Source: Synergistales bacterium (GTDB taxonomy: Bacteria > Synergistota > Synergistia > Synergistales > JAFGMB01). Taken from it: a DNA stretch of 42,958 bases. Where the stretch lies: positions 1 to 42,958 of the forward strand of contig JAFGMB010000236.1 in NCBI GenBank assembly GCA_016927765.1. Reading direction: 5' to 3'. This document shows positions 1-8,920 of this stretch, in pieces. Position 1 is the stretch's first letter, and the number at the start of each line of letters is the position of its first letter. The position numbers were made by a program, and so were the translations under genes. The notes under the pieces are model-generated. The model made no database searches. It had not been told where the DNA came from and saw nothing but the letters and a program-made list of their open reading frames with translations.

Positions 1-43
1 AACCCTTGCTCGCGTTGAACCACTTGACTGTTCCCTGACTCAC
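1..43 (-). CDS. cold-shock protein (Csp family), 5' end only; the gene runs off the left edge
   Basis: The reverse strand reads AAGGAGG, 7 nt, GTG, then M S Q G T V K W F N A S K G. This is the canonical Csp N-terminus (GxVKWFNxxKG). Only 14 codons are visible. Confidence 0.6.
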   Translation of the reverse strand, partial: MSQGTVKWFNASKG

Positions 44-289
44 GTTGTTGCCTCCTTAAATTGTTAAATCCTGGCTTCTGAAAAAACCAGGTAAAATCAG
101 TTTATAAGGAAGTTGAAAATTTTTCAAGAATTATTTGCATTTTATCCAGTATTCAAAAGACTTCGCGAAAGATATCCCTCGTCAGTCGGTAAAACCCAAC
201 TGAAATTGGGGATCCACCTGAAACCTGTGACAGCAAGGCAATGGCCCTTATATGCCTGAAATAGGTGCATCCTCTTCACCGTTCAGCTG

Positions 290-1324
290 TCATTTATTAA
301 ATTCCTTCAACTTTTCTTCCACTTTCCTGATAATTTCTGTGCGGACATCCTGAGGTATCCAGTTCTTCCAGGTCTCGGGGTATTCCTGGAGAAACCAGAG
401 GGCAGCCTTTCCAAGGTCATAATTATGATCTTGGAGCCAGGCCAGGGTTTTCTGGTTTTCTTCAAGACTGGTGGAATATCTTCTGAGGAAGGCTTCCAGA
501 TCAGGATTTTCTTCAATAAAAACCCGATTTGCTGCAACATAGGTAGTAGCGGTTACCCATTCACATAGAAAATTTGTTTCAGGTCTCCATAATTCTTCAC
601 TGTAAGGTGGTTCATCAAGCCGGACCATGTCATATTTTCCAAGGATCCATGTAGGTTCCCAGTAATAGAACAGAATGGGTCTGCCTGATTCGTAAGCACT
701 GACTATCATCGTATCCAATGCTGTCCCCGAACCGGGGGAAAAGGGGGTGAAATATTGATCAAGCCCGTAGCCTTCCAGTTTAGCAATATTTATATCATGG
801 GCCACCCATCCTGTCGGACCATTGAGCAATCTTCCCTTTGTCGGATCTTCCGGGTCTCTGAATACTTCCCAGTATTCTGAAAGATCGTATACGGACTTCA
901 GGTCAGGAACAACTGGCTCTATGCCTCTTTTCCCGTCGCCTTCGATAAGGTATTTCGGAACATACCAGCCCTGTGTAGCTCCGTCAAAATTGACGCCCAG
1001 TTCGACTACGGTCCCCTCCTTTCGTGCCTTATCCCACCACTCGATGGAATAAGTGGGCCATAATTCCATGTTCAGGTCAATATCTCCTCTTTCCAATCCC
1101 ATCAGACCAGGAGTAAGGTCTACGAAAAGATACTCCACCTCTCTGCCATATCCATGTTCAAAAATAAACCCCGCAATACGGTTATGAACCTGGATACTGT
1201 CCCAGCCAGGGTCAGAAAATACCACGGTATTATCAGCGCCGTAAGCCATGACCACCAGAAATAATGAAATGGCCATAACAAGAATAGTCGATGATACAAG
1301 GGGTCTTCCTGAAGGGAATTTCAT
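290..1324 (-). CDS. glycine betaine/proline betaine-type substrate-binding protein (ProX/OpuAC-like), secreted; no cognate ABC permease or ATPase is adjacent
   Basis: The tracked ORF is 290..1426. The preferred start is ATG 1324, with AAAGGAGG 9 nt upstream, giving the signal anchor MKFPSGRPLVSSTILVMAISLFLVV. The Trp/Tyr-rich mature domain resembles betaine-binding proteins by recall. Confidence 0.75.
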   Translation of the reverse strand: MKFPSGRPLVSSTILVMAISLFLVVMAYGADNTVVFSDPGWDSIQVHNRIAGFIFEHGYGREVEYLFVDLTPGLMGLERGDIDLNMELWPTYSIEWWDKARKEGTVVELGVNFDGATQGWYVPKYLIEGDGKRGIEPVVPDLKSVYDLSEYWEVFRDPEDPTKGRLLNGPTGWVAHDINIAKLEGYGLDQYFTPFSPGSGTALDTMIVSAYESGRPILFYYWEPTWILGKYDMVRLDEPPYSEELWRPETNFLCEWVTATTYVAANRVFIEENPDLEAFLRRYSTSLEENQKTLAWLQDHNYDLGKAALWFLQEYPETWKNWIPQDVRTEIIRKVEEKLKEFNK

Positions 1325-1575
1325 ATCATTACTACCTCCTTTCCGAGCATTCAGAACCTTCTTCAATTCCGGCTTGAGATCCAAACATGCCATCATCAGT
1401 CTAACATATCTCCTATTCAGATACATAAAACAAAAGAACTACTTCCCTATCAAAATTGTTTTATCCATCCTACCAGGTAAACCTTACCAATATGGGGAAG
1501 GAACATCTCCTTCTGGACCTTTACCCTTTGATAACAAAGTTATTCAATAAAGAATGTTGAAGGGAAGTGATAAAG

Positions 1576-2589
1576 ATGTCCAAATTCCCCTATGAGATGC
1601 TGAAGGAATGTGTTTATCCCTTCACCAGGCCTGAACACGAGGATGATTCAGTCATACTTGGTGCGACCTTTGGTGAGGATGTGGCCCTTACAAGGGTTGG
1701 GAAGGATCTCCTCCTTTCCCACGTTGACCCTATTGTGGGTGCTGTTTCAGGTATTGGCTGGCTCGCCATGCATGTGGCGTGCAATGATATAGCCTGTTCA
1801 GGGATCAGGCCCAGATGGGCGCAGATCCTTGTGCTGGTTCCCACAAAGGAAGATCACCAGCTAGTCAGGGAGATCATGGCAGATGCGGCAAAAGCTGCAG
1901 AGGAGATCCAGGTGACCATAGTGGGCGGGCACACAGGTTATTCTTCAGGCATATCCAGGCCTGTGGTAGCTGTAACTGCCATGGCTCCCGCCATGAACCG
2001 CAGGATCATAGGTACGGGAGGGGCCCGACCGGGGGACCATATCATCATTACAGGAGGCGCCGGGATCGAGGGCACATCCATCCTGGCGGTTGATTTCGCC
2101 GATGAAGGCAGGTTTCTCGGCCTGTCAGAGGATGAGCTGAGGGAAGCCTCCAGGCTTTCCGACGAGGTAAGCGTTGTAACGGAAGCAATGATCCTCGCAG
2201 ACCATGGCGCCACTTCCATGCATGATGTAACAAGAGGAGGTATCCTTGAAACATCCATAGAGATATCCCGGCTTTCTGGAGTTTCTCTTGAGATCGATGC
2301 AGCTCTGCTTCCTTCAAGACCTATAGTGGACCGTTTTGCAGAAGCCTTTTCATTTGACCCATTGAAGATGATCTCTTCCGGATCCCTGGTGGCTACAATA
2401 TCCTCCGAAACAGTCGCGACAGCCCTGAAAGCCCTGCATGGATCAGGGATCCATGCAGGTGATGTGGGTACTGTAAAGGAAGGGCGTGGTATCACTCTTT
2501 ACAGGAAAGGGACCAGGTTTACTGAAACAGAGGTCCATTGTGAAGATGATGAACTGGCCCGGATGTGGGCAATCCATAAGGAAAGCTGA
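1576..2589 (+). CDS. AIR synthase-related protein (PurM/HypE/ThiL/SelD ATP-utilising superfamily)
   Basis: The 337-aa ORF has N-terminal GEDVA...DPIVG and a central GGHTG motif typical of PurM-superfamily proteins. ATG 1576 is preferred over GTG 1567. Confidence 0.75.
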   Translation: MSKFPYEMLKECVYPFTRPEHEDDSVILGATFGEDVALTRVGKDLLLSHVDPIVGAVSGIGWLAMHVACNDIACSGIRPRWAQILVLVPTKEDHQLVREIMADAAKAAEEIQVTIVGGHTGYSSGISRPVVAVTAMAPAMNRRIIGTGGARPGDHIIITGGAGIEGTSILAVDFADEGRFLGLSEDELREASRLSDEVSVVTEAMILADHGATSMHDVTRGGILETSIEISRLSGVSLEIDAALLPSRPIVDRFAEAFSFDPLKMISSGSLVATISSETVATALKALHGSGIHAGDVGTVKEGRGITLYRKGTRFTETEVHCEDDELARMWAIHKES

Positions 2590-2614
2590 ATTGAAAACTG
2601 ACCCTGGGGATGAT

Positions 2615-3724
2615 ATGCAGATGAAAAAAATAGGATTGGTGGTCAATCCGGTCGCAGGAATGGGTGGCAGCGTGGGCCTGAAAGGGACGGATGGTGATTG
2701 CTACAGAAAAGCCCTGGAAATGGGGGCCAGGCCGGTAACACCTTTCAGGACCCGTGATTTCCTCAATAACCTCACAAAGACCGACCTCTTCCATTTCTAC
2801 ACGGCATCGGGAAAAATGGGAGAGGATATACTGAAAGACCAGGGCCTGGAATATACCGTTATTTGGCAGATAAGGGTAAATACCTCTGCTGAGGACACGA
2901 AAAAGATCATTGGCCTGATGGTCAAGGAAAAGATGGACCTTATAGTATTCGTTGGGGGAGATGGTACAGCAAGGGATGTATATGATTCATTGAGACTGGA
3001 AATACCAGTTATCGGGGTTCCTTCCGGAGTCAAGGTATTCAGCTCGGTTTTCGCTTTAAGCGCCCGGGCAGCAGCTTCCATGCTCGAACGCTTCCTTGAA
3101 GGGGCAAAGCTTCAGGAAGAAGAGGTCCTTGATATAGATGAGGAGGCTTTCAGGGGAAATATCCTTTCCGCCAGGCTTTATGGATATCTTAAGGTGCCCA
3201 TGGCCCGAGAACTTCTCCAGGCAGGTAAAAAAGCATCTTCCACCGGGACCTCGGCCAGAGAGAATAAGGAAGAGGTTTCCAGATACCTTGATGAAGAGAT
3301 GGAAGAGAATGTGCTTTACCTGCTCGGTTCGGGAACCACCATGAAAAGCCTTACAGACAGACTTGGAATTCCCAAGACCCTTCTCGGTGTCGATGCAGTG
3401 AATAATGGAAAACTCCTCCGATCTGACGTTAACGAAAAAGACATTCTTGAACTCTATGGACATTATCCCCGTAGAAAGATAATAGTTACCCCTCTGGGGG
3501 GCAATGGTTTTATCTTCGGCAGGGGAAGCAGGCAGTTTACACCGGAAGTCCTGGCACAAACGGGGAAAGAGAACATTATCCTTGCTGGGGACAGGGATAA
3601 GATCAGTTGCTTGGACTGCCTTCACGTGGATACCGGTGACCTGGAAGTAGACAAGTCCCTGGCAGGTATGAGAGAAGTGATCGTGGGATTCAACGAAAGG
3701 ATCATACTCGAGGTGAGATATTGA
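2615..3724 (+). CDS. ATP-NAD kinase-family protein (COG3199-like predicted kinase)
   Basis: The start is MQMKKIGLVVNPVAGMGG, with a GGDGT motif (FVGGDGTARD). ATG 2615 lies 26 nt after the upstream stop. The tracked ORF start at 2486 would overlap the previous gene. Confidence 0.7.
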   Translation: MQMKKIGLVVNPVAGMGGSVGLKGTDGDCYRKALEMGARPVTPFRTRDFLNNLTKTDLFHFYTASGKMGEDILKDQGLEYTVIWQIRVNTSAEDTKKIIGLMVKEKMDLIVFVGGDGTARDVYDSLRLEIPVIGVPSGVKVFSSVFALSARAAASMLERFLEGAKLQEEEVLDIDEEAFRGNILSARLYGYLKVPMARELLQAGKKASSTGTSARENKEEVSRYLDEEMEENVLYLLGSGTTMKSLTDRLGIPKTLLGVDAVNNGKLLRSDVNEKDILELYGHYPRRKIIVTPLGGNGFIFGRGSRQFTPEVLAQTGKENIILAGDRDKISCLDCLHVDTGDLEVDKSLAGMREVIVGFNERIILEVRY

Positions 3725-3725
3725 T

Positions 3726-4718
3726 ATGGAATACCTGAGGCTACATATGAACGAACTTCCCTGGCCACCACCAAAGGAAGTACTGGACTCTGCAAGGATA
3801 GGGCTGGATGAGTTTAACCGTTACGCAGATGAGTCGAAACTGGATGAACTTAAGTACCGCCTGGGTCGATACTCCCGCACAGGAGAGGACAGAATTATCC
3901 TTTCAGCGGGATCAGACCTCCTTCTCAGGGAAGCCGTTCATCTTTTCTCCCCCTTGAGAAAGACAATAACTCTTTGCCCTTCTTTTCTCCCCACCATAAA
4001 TTCTGCAAGACAGACTGCCGGCTCAATGACAAGGATCCGGCTGCCCCTCCCGGATTTCAGGCTTGACCTGGAGATCCTGGAACGAGAGATCAAGGGCCCC
4101 TGCCTTCTGGTAATGGATAATCCGAACAATCCTACCGGGAAAACAGTCATTTCGCCCACGGAGGTGGAGAAACTCCTTCAGAAACAGGATCTAATGGTGA
4201 TCATCGACGAGGCCTACTATGAATTTTCAGGAGTGACCTGTGCAGAACTTGTAGATAGATATGAAAACCTCATGGTGACCCGTACCGTGGACAAAGTTTT
4301 CAGCCTGGCCGGGGCGAGGATGGGTTACGGACTGGCGGGAGATCTTTTCCTGAAAGAGCTTTCCTCCTTCTTTATTTATCTTCCAAGGGTAACCATGTAC
4401 GCAGTTCTGGCAGCCCTGGAGAACGTTGACATAATGCTTGAACGGGTGGAGATCGTAAAAGAAGAGAGGGACAGGTTGCTTGAAAGGTTCCTTCATGAGG
4501 GGATAGAAGCCTATGGAACATCTGCAAATTTCATTCTCATAAGGTCTTCGATACCTGATGTTGTGGATGAGCTCAAAAAAAGGGGTATCCTGGTCAGGGA
4601 TATTTCAGACCAGATGCCTCCAGGCTTTATCAGGGTGACCATAGGCAAAAGGGAAGAAAACGGTATCTTCTTCAGGGAATATCTGCAGTTAAGTAGAAAC
4701 CGTTCTCCCTCTCACTGA
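3726..4718 (+). CDS. histidinol-phosphate aminotransferase-family PLP enzyme (class I/II aminotransferase; HisC/CobD-like)
   Basis: Motifs seen are NRYAD, NPNNPTG, DEAYYEF, a PLP-lysine context (TVDKVFSLAGARMGYG) and IRVTIGKREEN. The start is 2 nt after the upstream stop, which suggests an operon. Confidence 0.75.
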   Translation: MEYLRLHMNELPWPPPKEVLDSARIGLDEFNRYADESKLDELKYRLGRYSRTGEDRIILSAGSDLLLREAVHLFSPLRKTITLCPSFLPTINSARQTAGSMTRIRLPLPDFRLDLEILEREIKGPCLLVMDNPNNPTGKTVISPTEVEKLLQKQDLMVIIDEAYYEFSGVTCAELVDRYENLMVTRTVDKVFSLAGARMGYGLAGDLFLKELSSFFIYLPRVTMYAVLAALENVDIMLERVEIVKEERDRLLERFLHEGIEAYGTSANFILIRSSIPDVVDELKKRGILVRDISDQMPPGFIRVTIGKREENGIFFREYLQLSRNRSPSH

Positions 4719-4784
4719 AAAGTGGTCTTCCTATGGATCCGATGAACCAAATAATGGCATGTTCTGGTCAGCACACGCTGAGTG

Positions 4785-5537
4785 TCAAGCTTTCCACCCT
4801 TTAAGGTATTCCTCTTCTTCTAGAAAGCCCCTGACATCCTGCCAGGTGAGGCTGTCAAAATAGGCGCTGTAGAAGATCCCCTCATGGGGTTCCCTGGGAA
4901 GTGTGTTGTTGCAGAACCCATGACCTGCACCTGTAAAGACCTTGATCCGGCAGTTCACATTCGCCTTTTTCATCTCTTCGACAAAATCATTCAGTTCCTT
5001 CTGTTCCACCACCGGATCTCTTGCTCCATGTAACGCCAGGACCCTGCCTTCAATGTTCCCTGCCAGGGATGGATCAGGGGTGCAGAGATTGCCATATATG
5101 CTCACAGTTCCCTTCAGGGCTGCACCAGACCTGGCCAGTTCCAGGACACAGCATCCCCCAAAGGAAAAACCAAGGGCAAAGATATTCTGTTCATCCACTT
5201 CACCGAGATCGCTCAGGTATTTCAGACCAACTCGCATTCTCTCTCTCATAAGAGGTCTGTCCTCTTTGAAGGACCTTGCAAGCTCTGAAGCCTGCTCCCT
5301 GTTACCGGGAGTATTCCCCTTGCCGTACATATCGTGCAGCAGCACTACATATCCCCATTCGACAAGCCTTTCTGCGTGAGGGAAAAGGTATTCACCTATC
5401 CCCGTGAATTCATGGACCATCAGAACCGCTCCCCTGATATCCTCCAGTACAGAAGGCATGTATAGAAATCCTTCGAGAGTAACTTCATTATGTTCATATC
5501 TGACCTGTTTTTTCTCCATTACTGAAATTCCTTTCAT
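4785..5537 (-). CDS. dienelactone hydrolase-family alpha/beta hydrolase
   Basis: The 250-aa ORF has a nucleophile elbow (GFSFGG), a late HGxxD and a GAGHGF motif, in DLH-like layout. An alternative start is ATG 5519. Confidence 0.75.
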   Translation of the reverse strand: MKGISVMEKKQVRYEHNEVTLEGFLYMPSVLEDIRGAVLMVHEFTGIGEYLFPHAERLVEWGYVVLLHDMYGKGNTPGNREQASELARSFKEDRPLMRERMRVGLKYLSDLGEVDEQNIFALGFSFGGCCVLELARSGAALKGTVSIYGNLCTPDPSLAGNIEGRVLALHGARDPVVEQKELNDFVEEMKKANVNCRIKVFTGAGHGFCNNTLPREPHEGIFYSAYFDSLTWQDVRGFLEEEEYLKGWKA

Positions 5538-5821
5538 CTGTGAGTCTTACCGATGGCTCTTTTCCTGATAAGTATATATGAATTCTTCCTTCTCCGGTTT
5601 CTTCTATGGGATAAAGCATCAGATTTTCTCGCAAAAATGGTTGACATTTTCAGATTAAAATAAACTATAAATTCTTCTAAAAAAGTTGTATAACCTTTCC
5701 CTGGAAGAACATGTTTCTGAATGAAATTCCGATGTGAAACCTGGTCCTTCCTTTTCATATCTTTCCAGGCTTAAGAGTTCTACCAGTTACATTCCCATAT
5801 CATAAGGAGGATGGAAATACT

Positions 5822-6925
5822 ATGTTCACTGATCTTCTGACTGCTTTAGCTGTTGTTATCAACGGAATTCCCCAAGGTATCCTGGCTTTGAGTTTCGGTT
5901 TTGCAGCTCTTCCCACGGCAGTGGCCTTTATCATAGGTATTGCAGGTTCCCTTGCCTTCAACTCGGTGGCCACCATATCTTTCCAGGCTGAAACGATAAC
6001 CCTTGCCGGCACTATGGGGCACAACATCAAGGAGCGGCTGAGTCTTGTTTTCTGGGGAGCCACATTTCTGCTGATCCCATCTCTGCTTGGTCTGAACGAG
6101 ACCATCGTGGCATTCATAGGCCCCACCATCGTCACCTCCATGATGGCAGGGGTAGGTATCATGCTTGCCTATGTGGCCATAGAACTTTTCAACTCCGAAA
6201 AATGGTCCGGAGCAGCCTCCATGATCACGGGACTTGTAGTATGGTTTCTCACTCAGGACCTTGCAAAGACGATAATCATCTCTGTTCTTGTATCAACAGC
6301 AGTCTACAACTACCTCAAGTTCTCCAGAAAGGTGACCGTGGACGAAACCCATCTTGACCTGTCCAGGGAGCGGTTCCACTTCGGAAACATCGAGTGGAAG
6401 TTCTGGCAGAACAGCAGGATCCTCTTCGGAGCCCTTGCCATTGCCTGCCTTAATATCGGAGCCAACATAAGCTTCGGAAAGATCACCGGTAGCATAGCTG
6501 GTGCTGAAACCAACATAGACCACCTCGCCATTTATTCGAGCCTTGCGGATATGGGATCCACTTTTTTTGGAGGAGGCCCGGTAGAAGCCATAATCTCCGG
6601 AACCGCAACGGCACCCAACCCCATCAGGTCTTCCGTGTTCATGATGGGCATTATGGCGGTCATTCTCCTTCTGAAACTTCTTCCTGTCATCGGAAGATAT
6701 GTCCATAAATCCTCCATCGCTGGATTCCTGTTCATCCTTGGTACCTTTGTCACTTTTGCCACGAACATCCAGGGAGCTATTGCTTCAGCCCCGGAATTTG
6801 CCGGCCCCTTCGGCTTCGGCCCCTGGGGGATGGTCATCGGAGCCACGACACTCGTATCAGCAAGGTGGAACCCTTTCTTCGGATTGCTGGCGGGCCTTGC
6901 CATCAAGCTGGTCTTCGGATTATAG
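5822..6925 (+). CDS. polytopic membrane permease, putative nucleobase transporter (inferred from context)
   Basis: The 367-aa protein is highly hydrophobic, with about 10 predicted TM segments. AGGAGG precedes ATG 5822. A phosphoribosyltransferase gene follows 5 nt after the stop. Confidence 0.55.
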   Translation: MFTDLLTALAVVINGIPQGILALSFGFAALPTAVAFIIGIAGSLAFNSVATISFQAETITLAGTMGHNIKERLSLVFWGATFLLIPSLLGLNETIVAFIGPTIVTSMMAGVGIMLAYVAIELFNSEKWSGAASMITGLVVWFLTQDLAKTIIISVLVSTAVYNYLKFSRKVTVDETHLDLSRERFHFGNIEWKFWQNSRILFGALAIACLNIGANISFGKITGSIAGAETNIDHLAIYSSLADMGSTFFGGGPVEAIISGTATAPNPIRSSVFMMGIMAVILLLKLLPVIGRYVHKSSIAGFLFILGTFVTFATNIQGAIASAPEFAGPFGFGPWGMVIGATTLVSARWNPFFGLLAGLAIKLVFGL

Positions 6926-6930
6926 GAACC

Positions 6931-7479
6931 ATGGGACATTACTATGAACTCCATGTGGCGGGCATAACTCGCCAACTGAAAAAGATCCGCATCAGCGATG
7001 AACTGACCATAGCTTCCTTCGTGATGCTCGGAGATACCGAACTTATCGAAAGGACGGGGGAAGAGCTTTTCAGAAGATTGCCGGAAGGAATAGAGATGCT
7101 TGTCTGTCCGGAAGCCAAGGGAATTCCACTTACCCATGTAATAGCCAGCAAACTCGGGATCGACTACGTGATCATAAGAAAATCTGTCAAGGGCTACATG
7201 GAGGAACCCCTGGTCCAGAAAGTCCAGTCCATAACTACCAGGGAACCACAGATAATAGTCCTGGATGGGCTTGACGCAGAGAAACTCAAAGGCAAAAAGG
7301 TTTGCATAATAGATGATGTAGTATCCACAGGGGGATCCCTGAAAGCAGTGGAAGACCTGCTGGAAAAAGCTGACTGTAACGTGATCGCAAAAGCGGCAGT
7401 GCTCCTCGAAGAAGGGGGATACTGCGGAGAAGACCTTATTTACCTCGAAAAGCTTCCTGTCTTCAGAAATTCAGAATAA
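6931..7479 (+). CDS. type I phosphoribosyltransferase (adenine/xanthine PRT-like)
   Basis: A PRPP-binding loop (VCIIDDVVSTGGS) is present. ATG 6931 is preferred over the tracked 6865, which overlaps the permease. Confidence 0.75.
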   Translation: MGHYYELHVAGITRQLKKIRISDELTIASFVMLGDTELIERTGEELFRRLPEGIEMLVCPEAKGIPLTHVIASKLGIDYVIIRKSVKGYMEEPLVQKVQSITTREPQIIVLDGLDAEKLKGKKVCIIDDVVSTGGSLKAVEDLLEKADCNVIAKAAVLLEEGGYCGEDLIYLEKLPVFRNSE

Positions 7480-7507
7480 AAAACTTCATACTACACATAT
7501 AATCCAG

Positions 7508-7533
7508 GGAGGACTCCAGGGTCCTCCTTTTTT
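7508..7533 (+). terminator. rho-independent terminator after the PRTase gene
   Basis: GGAGGAC, a 6-nt loop, GTCCTCC, then TTTTTT. Confidence 0.7.
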
Positions 7534-7675
7534 CTTTTTCCTGGACATTTCCAGATACAATCTGCAGTTCTTTCCCGGGAAAAAAGTTCGCCTTTTTGTT
7601 ATCCTATACAGACACGAGGTGTTGTTTAAGGGAAGATCTTCGATCTTCAATCTTGATATGACAGGAGGATTACAA

Positions 7676-8920
7676 ATGAAAAACGTTTTTGAGGAATACA
7701 GGGACGTATGGAGCCGAAGATCGGAATTTCCATCCCTTGAGAGAACCCATAACGGCTTCCCTCTTGCCTATTTCGATGGGCCTGGAGGGACCCAGGTGCC
7801 TCAGTCGGTCATCGATGGGGTTAGCTGGTATTACAGGACCTGCAATTCCAACACCCATGGTTTCTTTATTACCACCAATGAATCTGACGCAATGATCGAA
7901 GAAACCCGTGATACAGTGGCAGCATTCCTTGGGGCCCCAGGAGGTAAAAATATTTCATTCGGTCACAACATGACCACCTTGAACTACAGCCTGAGCAGGG
8001 CTATCGGGAAATATCTTCAACCGGGGGATGAGATCCTGGTTACCCAGCTTGATCATGAAGCCAACAGGGGTCCCTGGCTTGCCCTCAGAGACCAGGGGAT
8101 CACTGTCAGGGAAATCGCCATAACTCCAGAGGCTACCCTGGATTACGATGACCTGGAGGAGAAACTCAATGAGAACACCCGTCTTGTAGCCGTGGGATTT
8201 TCCTCAAACGCTATCGGGACAGTGAACGATATCGAAAGGATCAGGGCCATGACCTACAAGGTGGGTGCCTGGCTCCTGGTTGATGCAGTCCATTACGCAC
8301 CCCACTTCCCTCTCGACGTTACCTCTCTGGGATTGGATTTTCTTCTCTGCTCGGCCTACAAGTTCTACGGCCCCCATATAGGGATCCTTTACTCAAAGGA
8401 AGGGCTTCTTGACCGCCTGCCGGTCTATACCCTCAGGACCCAGGAGCAACACGCTCCATACTCCATTGAAACGGGCACCCTGAATCATGCCGCAATTTCC
8501 GGTGTCAAGGCAGCGGTGGAATATGTGGCATCTTTCGCCATCGAAGGTTCTACCCTTCGTGAAAAAATAGTGTCCGGGATGGTTCGTATCAGTGCTTACG
8601 AACACCTTCTGGCAAGGGAGATCTATCAGAGGATATCTGAATTCGAAAGGCTGAAGATCGTGGGACCCTCCATTGATGTTTCCCGCAGATGTCCCACCAT
8701 ATCCTTCACCACAGAAGGCATGGATCCAATCCAGGTCTGCTCCATGCTCAACGAAAAAGGGATCTGTGCATGGGACGGTCATTTCTATGCCCTACGTCCC
8801 ATAGAAGTCCTGGGGTTGCTTGAAAAAGGGGGCGTCACCCGTCTTGGTGTATCTCTCTACAATACCGGGCAAGAAGTGGATCGGCTTATAGATGCCCTTT
8901 CTGAAATAGTAAAGGTATGA
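7676..8920 (+). CDS. class V aminotransferase / cysteine desulfurase-family PLP enzyme
   Basis: The HEANRGPW and DAVHYAPH contexts and a SAYKFYGPH lysine motif are typical of the SufS/CsdA-like fold. ATG 7676 has AGGAGG 7 nt upstream. Confidence 0.8.
   Translation: MKNVFEEYRDVWSRRSEFPSLERTHNGFPLAYFDGPGGTQVPQSVIDGVSWYYRTCNSNTHGFFITTNESDAMIEETRDTVAAFLGAPGGKNISFGHNMTTLNYSLSRAIGKYLQPGDEILVTQLDHEANRGPWLALRDQGITVREIAITPEATLDYDDLEEKLNENTRLVAVGFSSNAIGTVNDIERIRAMTYKVGAWLLVDAVHYAPHFPLDVTSLGLDFLLCSAYKFYGPHIGILYSKEGLLDRLPVYTLRTQEQHAPYSIETGTLNHAAISGVKAAVEYVASFAIEGSTLREKIVSGMVRISAYEHLLAREIYQRISEFERLKIVGPSIDVSRRCPTISFTTEGMDPIQVCSMLNEKGICAWDGHFYALRPIEVLGLLEKGGVTRLGVSLYNTGQEVDRLIDALSEIVKV

Noticed and set aside
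2486-2614. Upstream extension of the ATP-NAD-kinase-like ORF, and similar extensions at 6865, 7619, 13466, 18182, 36295 and 24071
   Set aside because: These extensions overlap the preceding gene or lack an RBS. In each case an internal start with a GGAGG-type RBS gives a family-typical N-terminus.
5640-5821. Possible purine riboswitch upstream of the permease-PRTase pair
   Set aside because: Some stems are present. I could not find the conserved purine-riboswitch junction or loop sequences, such as the UAUAAU-type J1/2, the loop-loop motifs or the CCGACUA-type J3/1. It is left as an unassigned structured leader at best.
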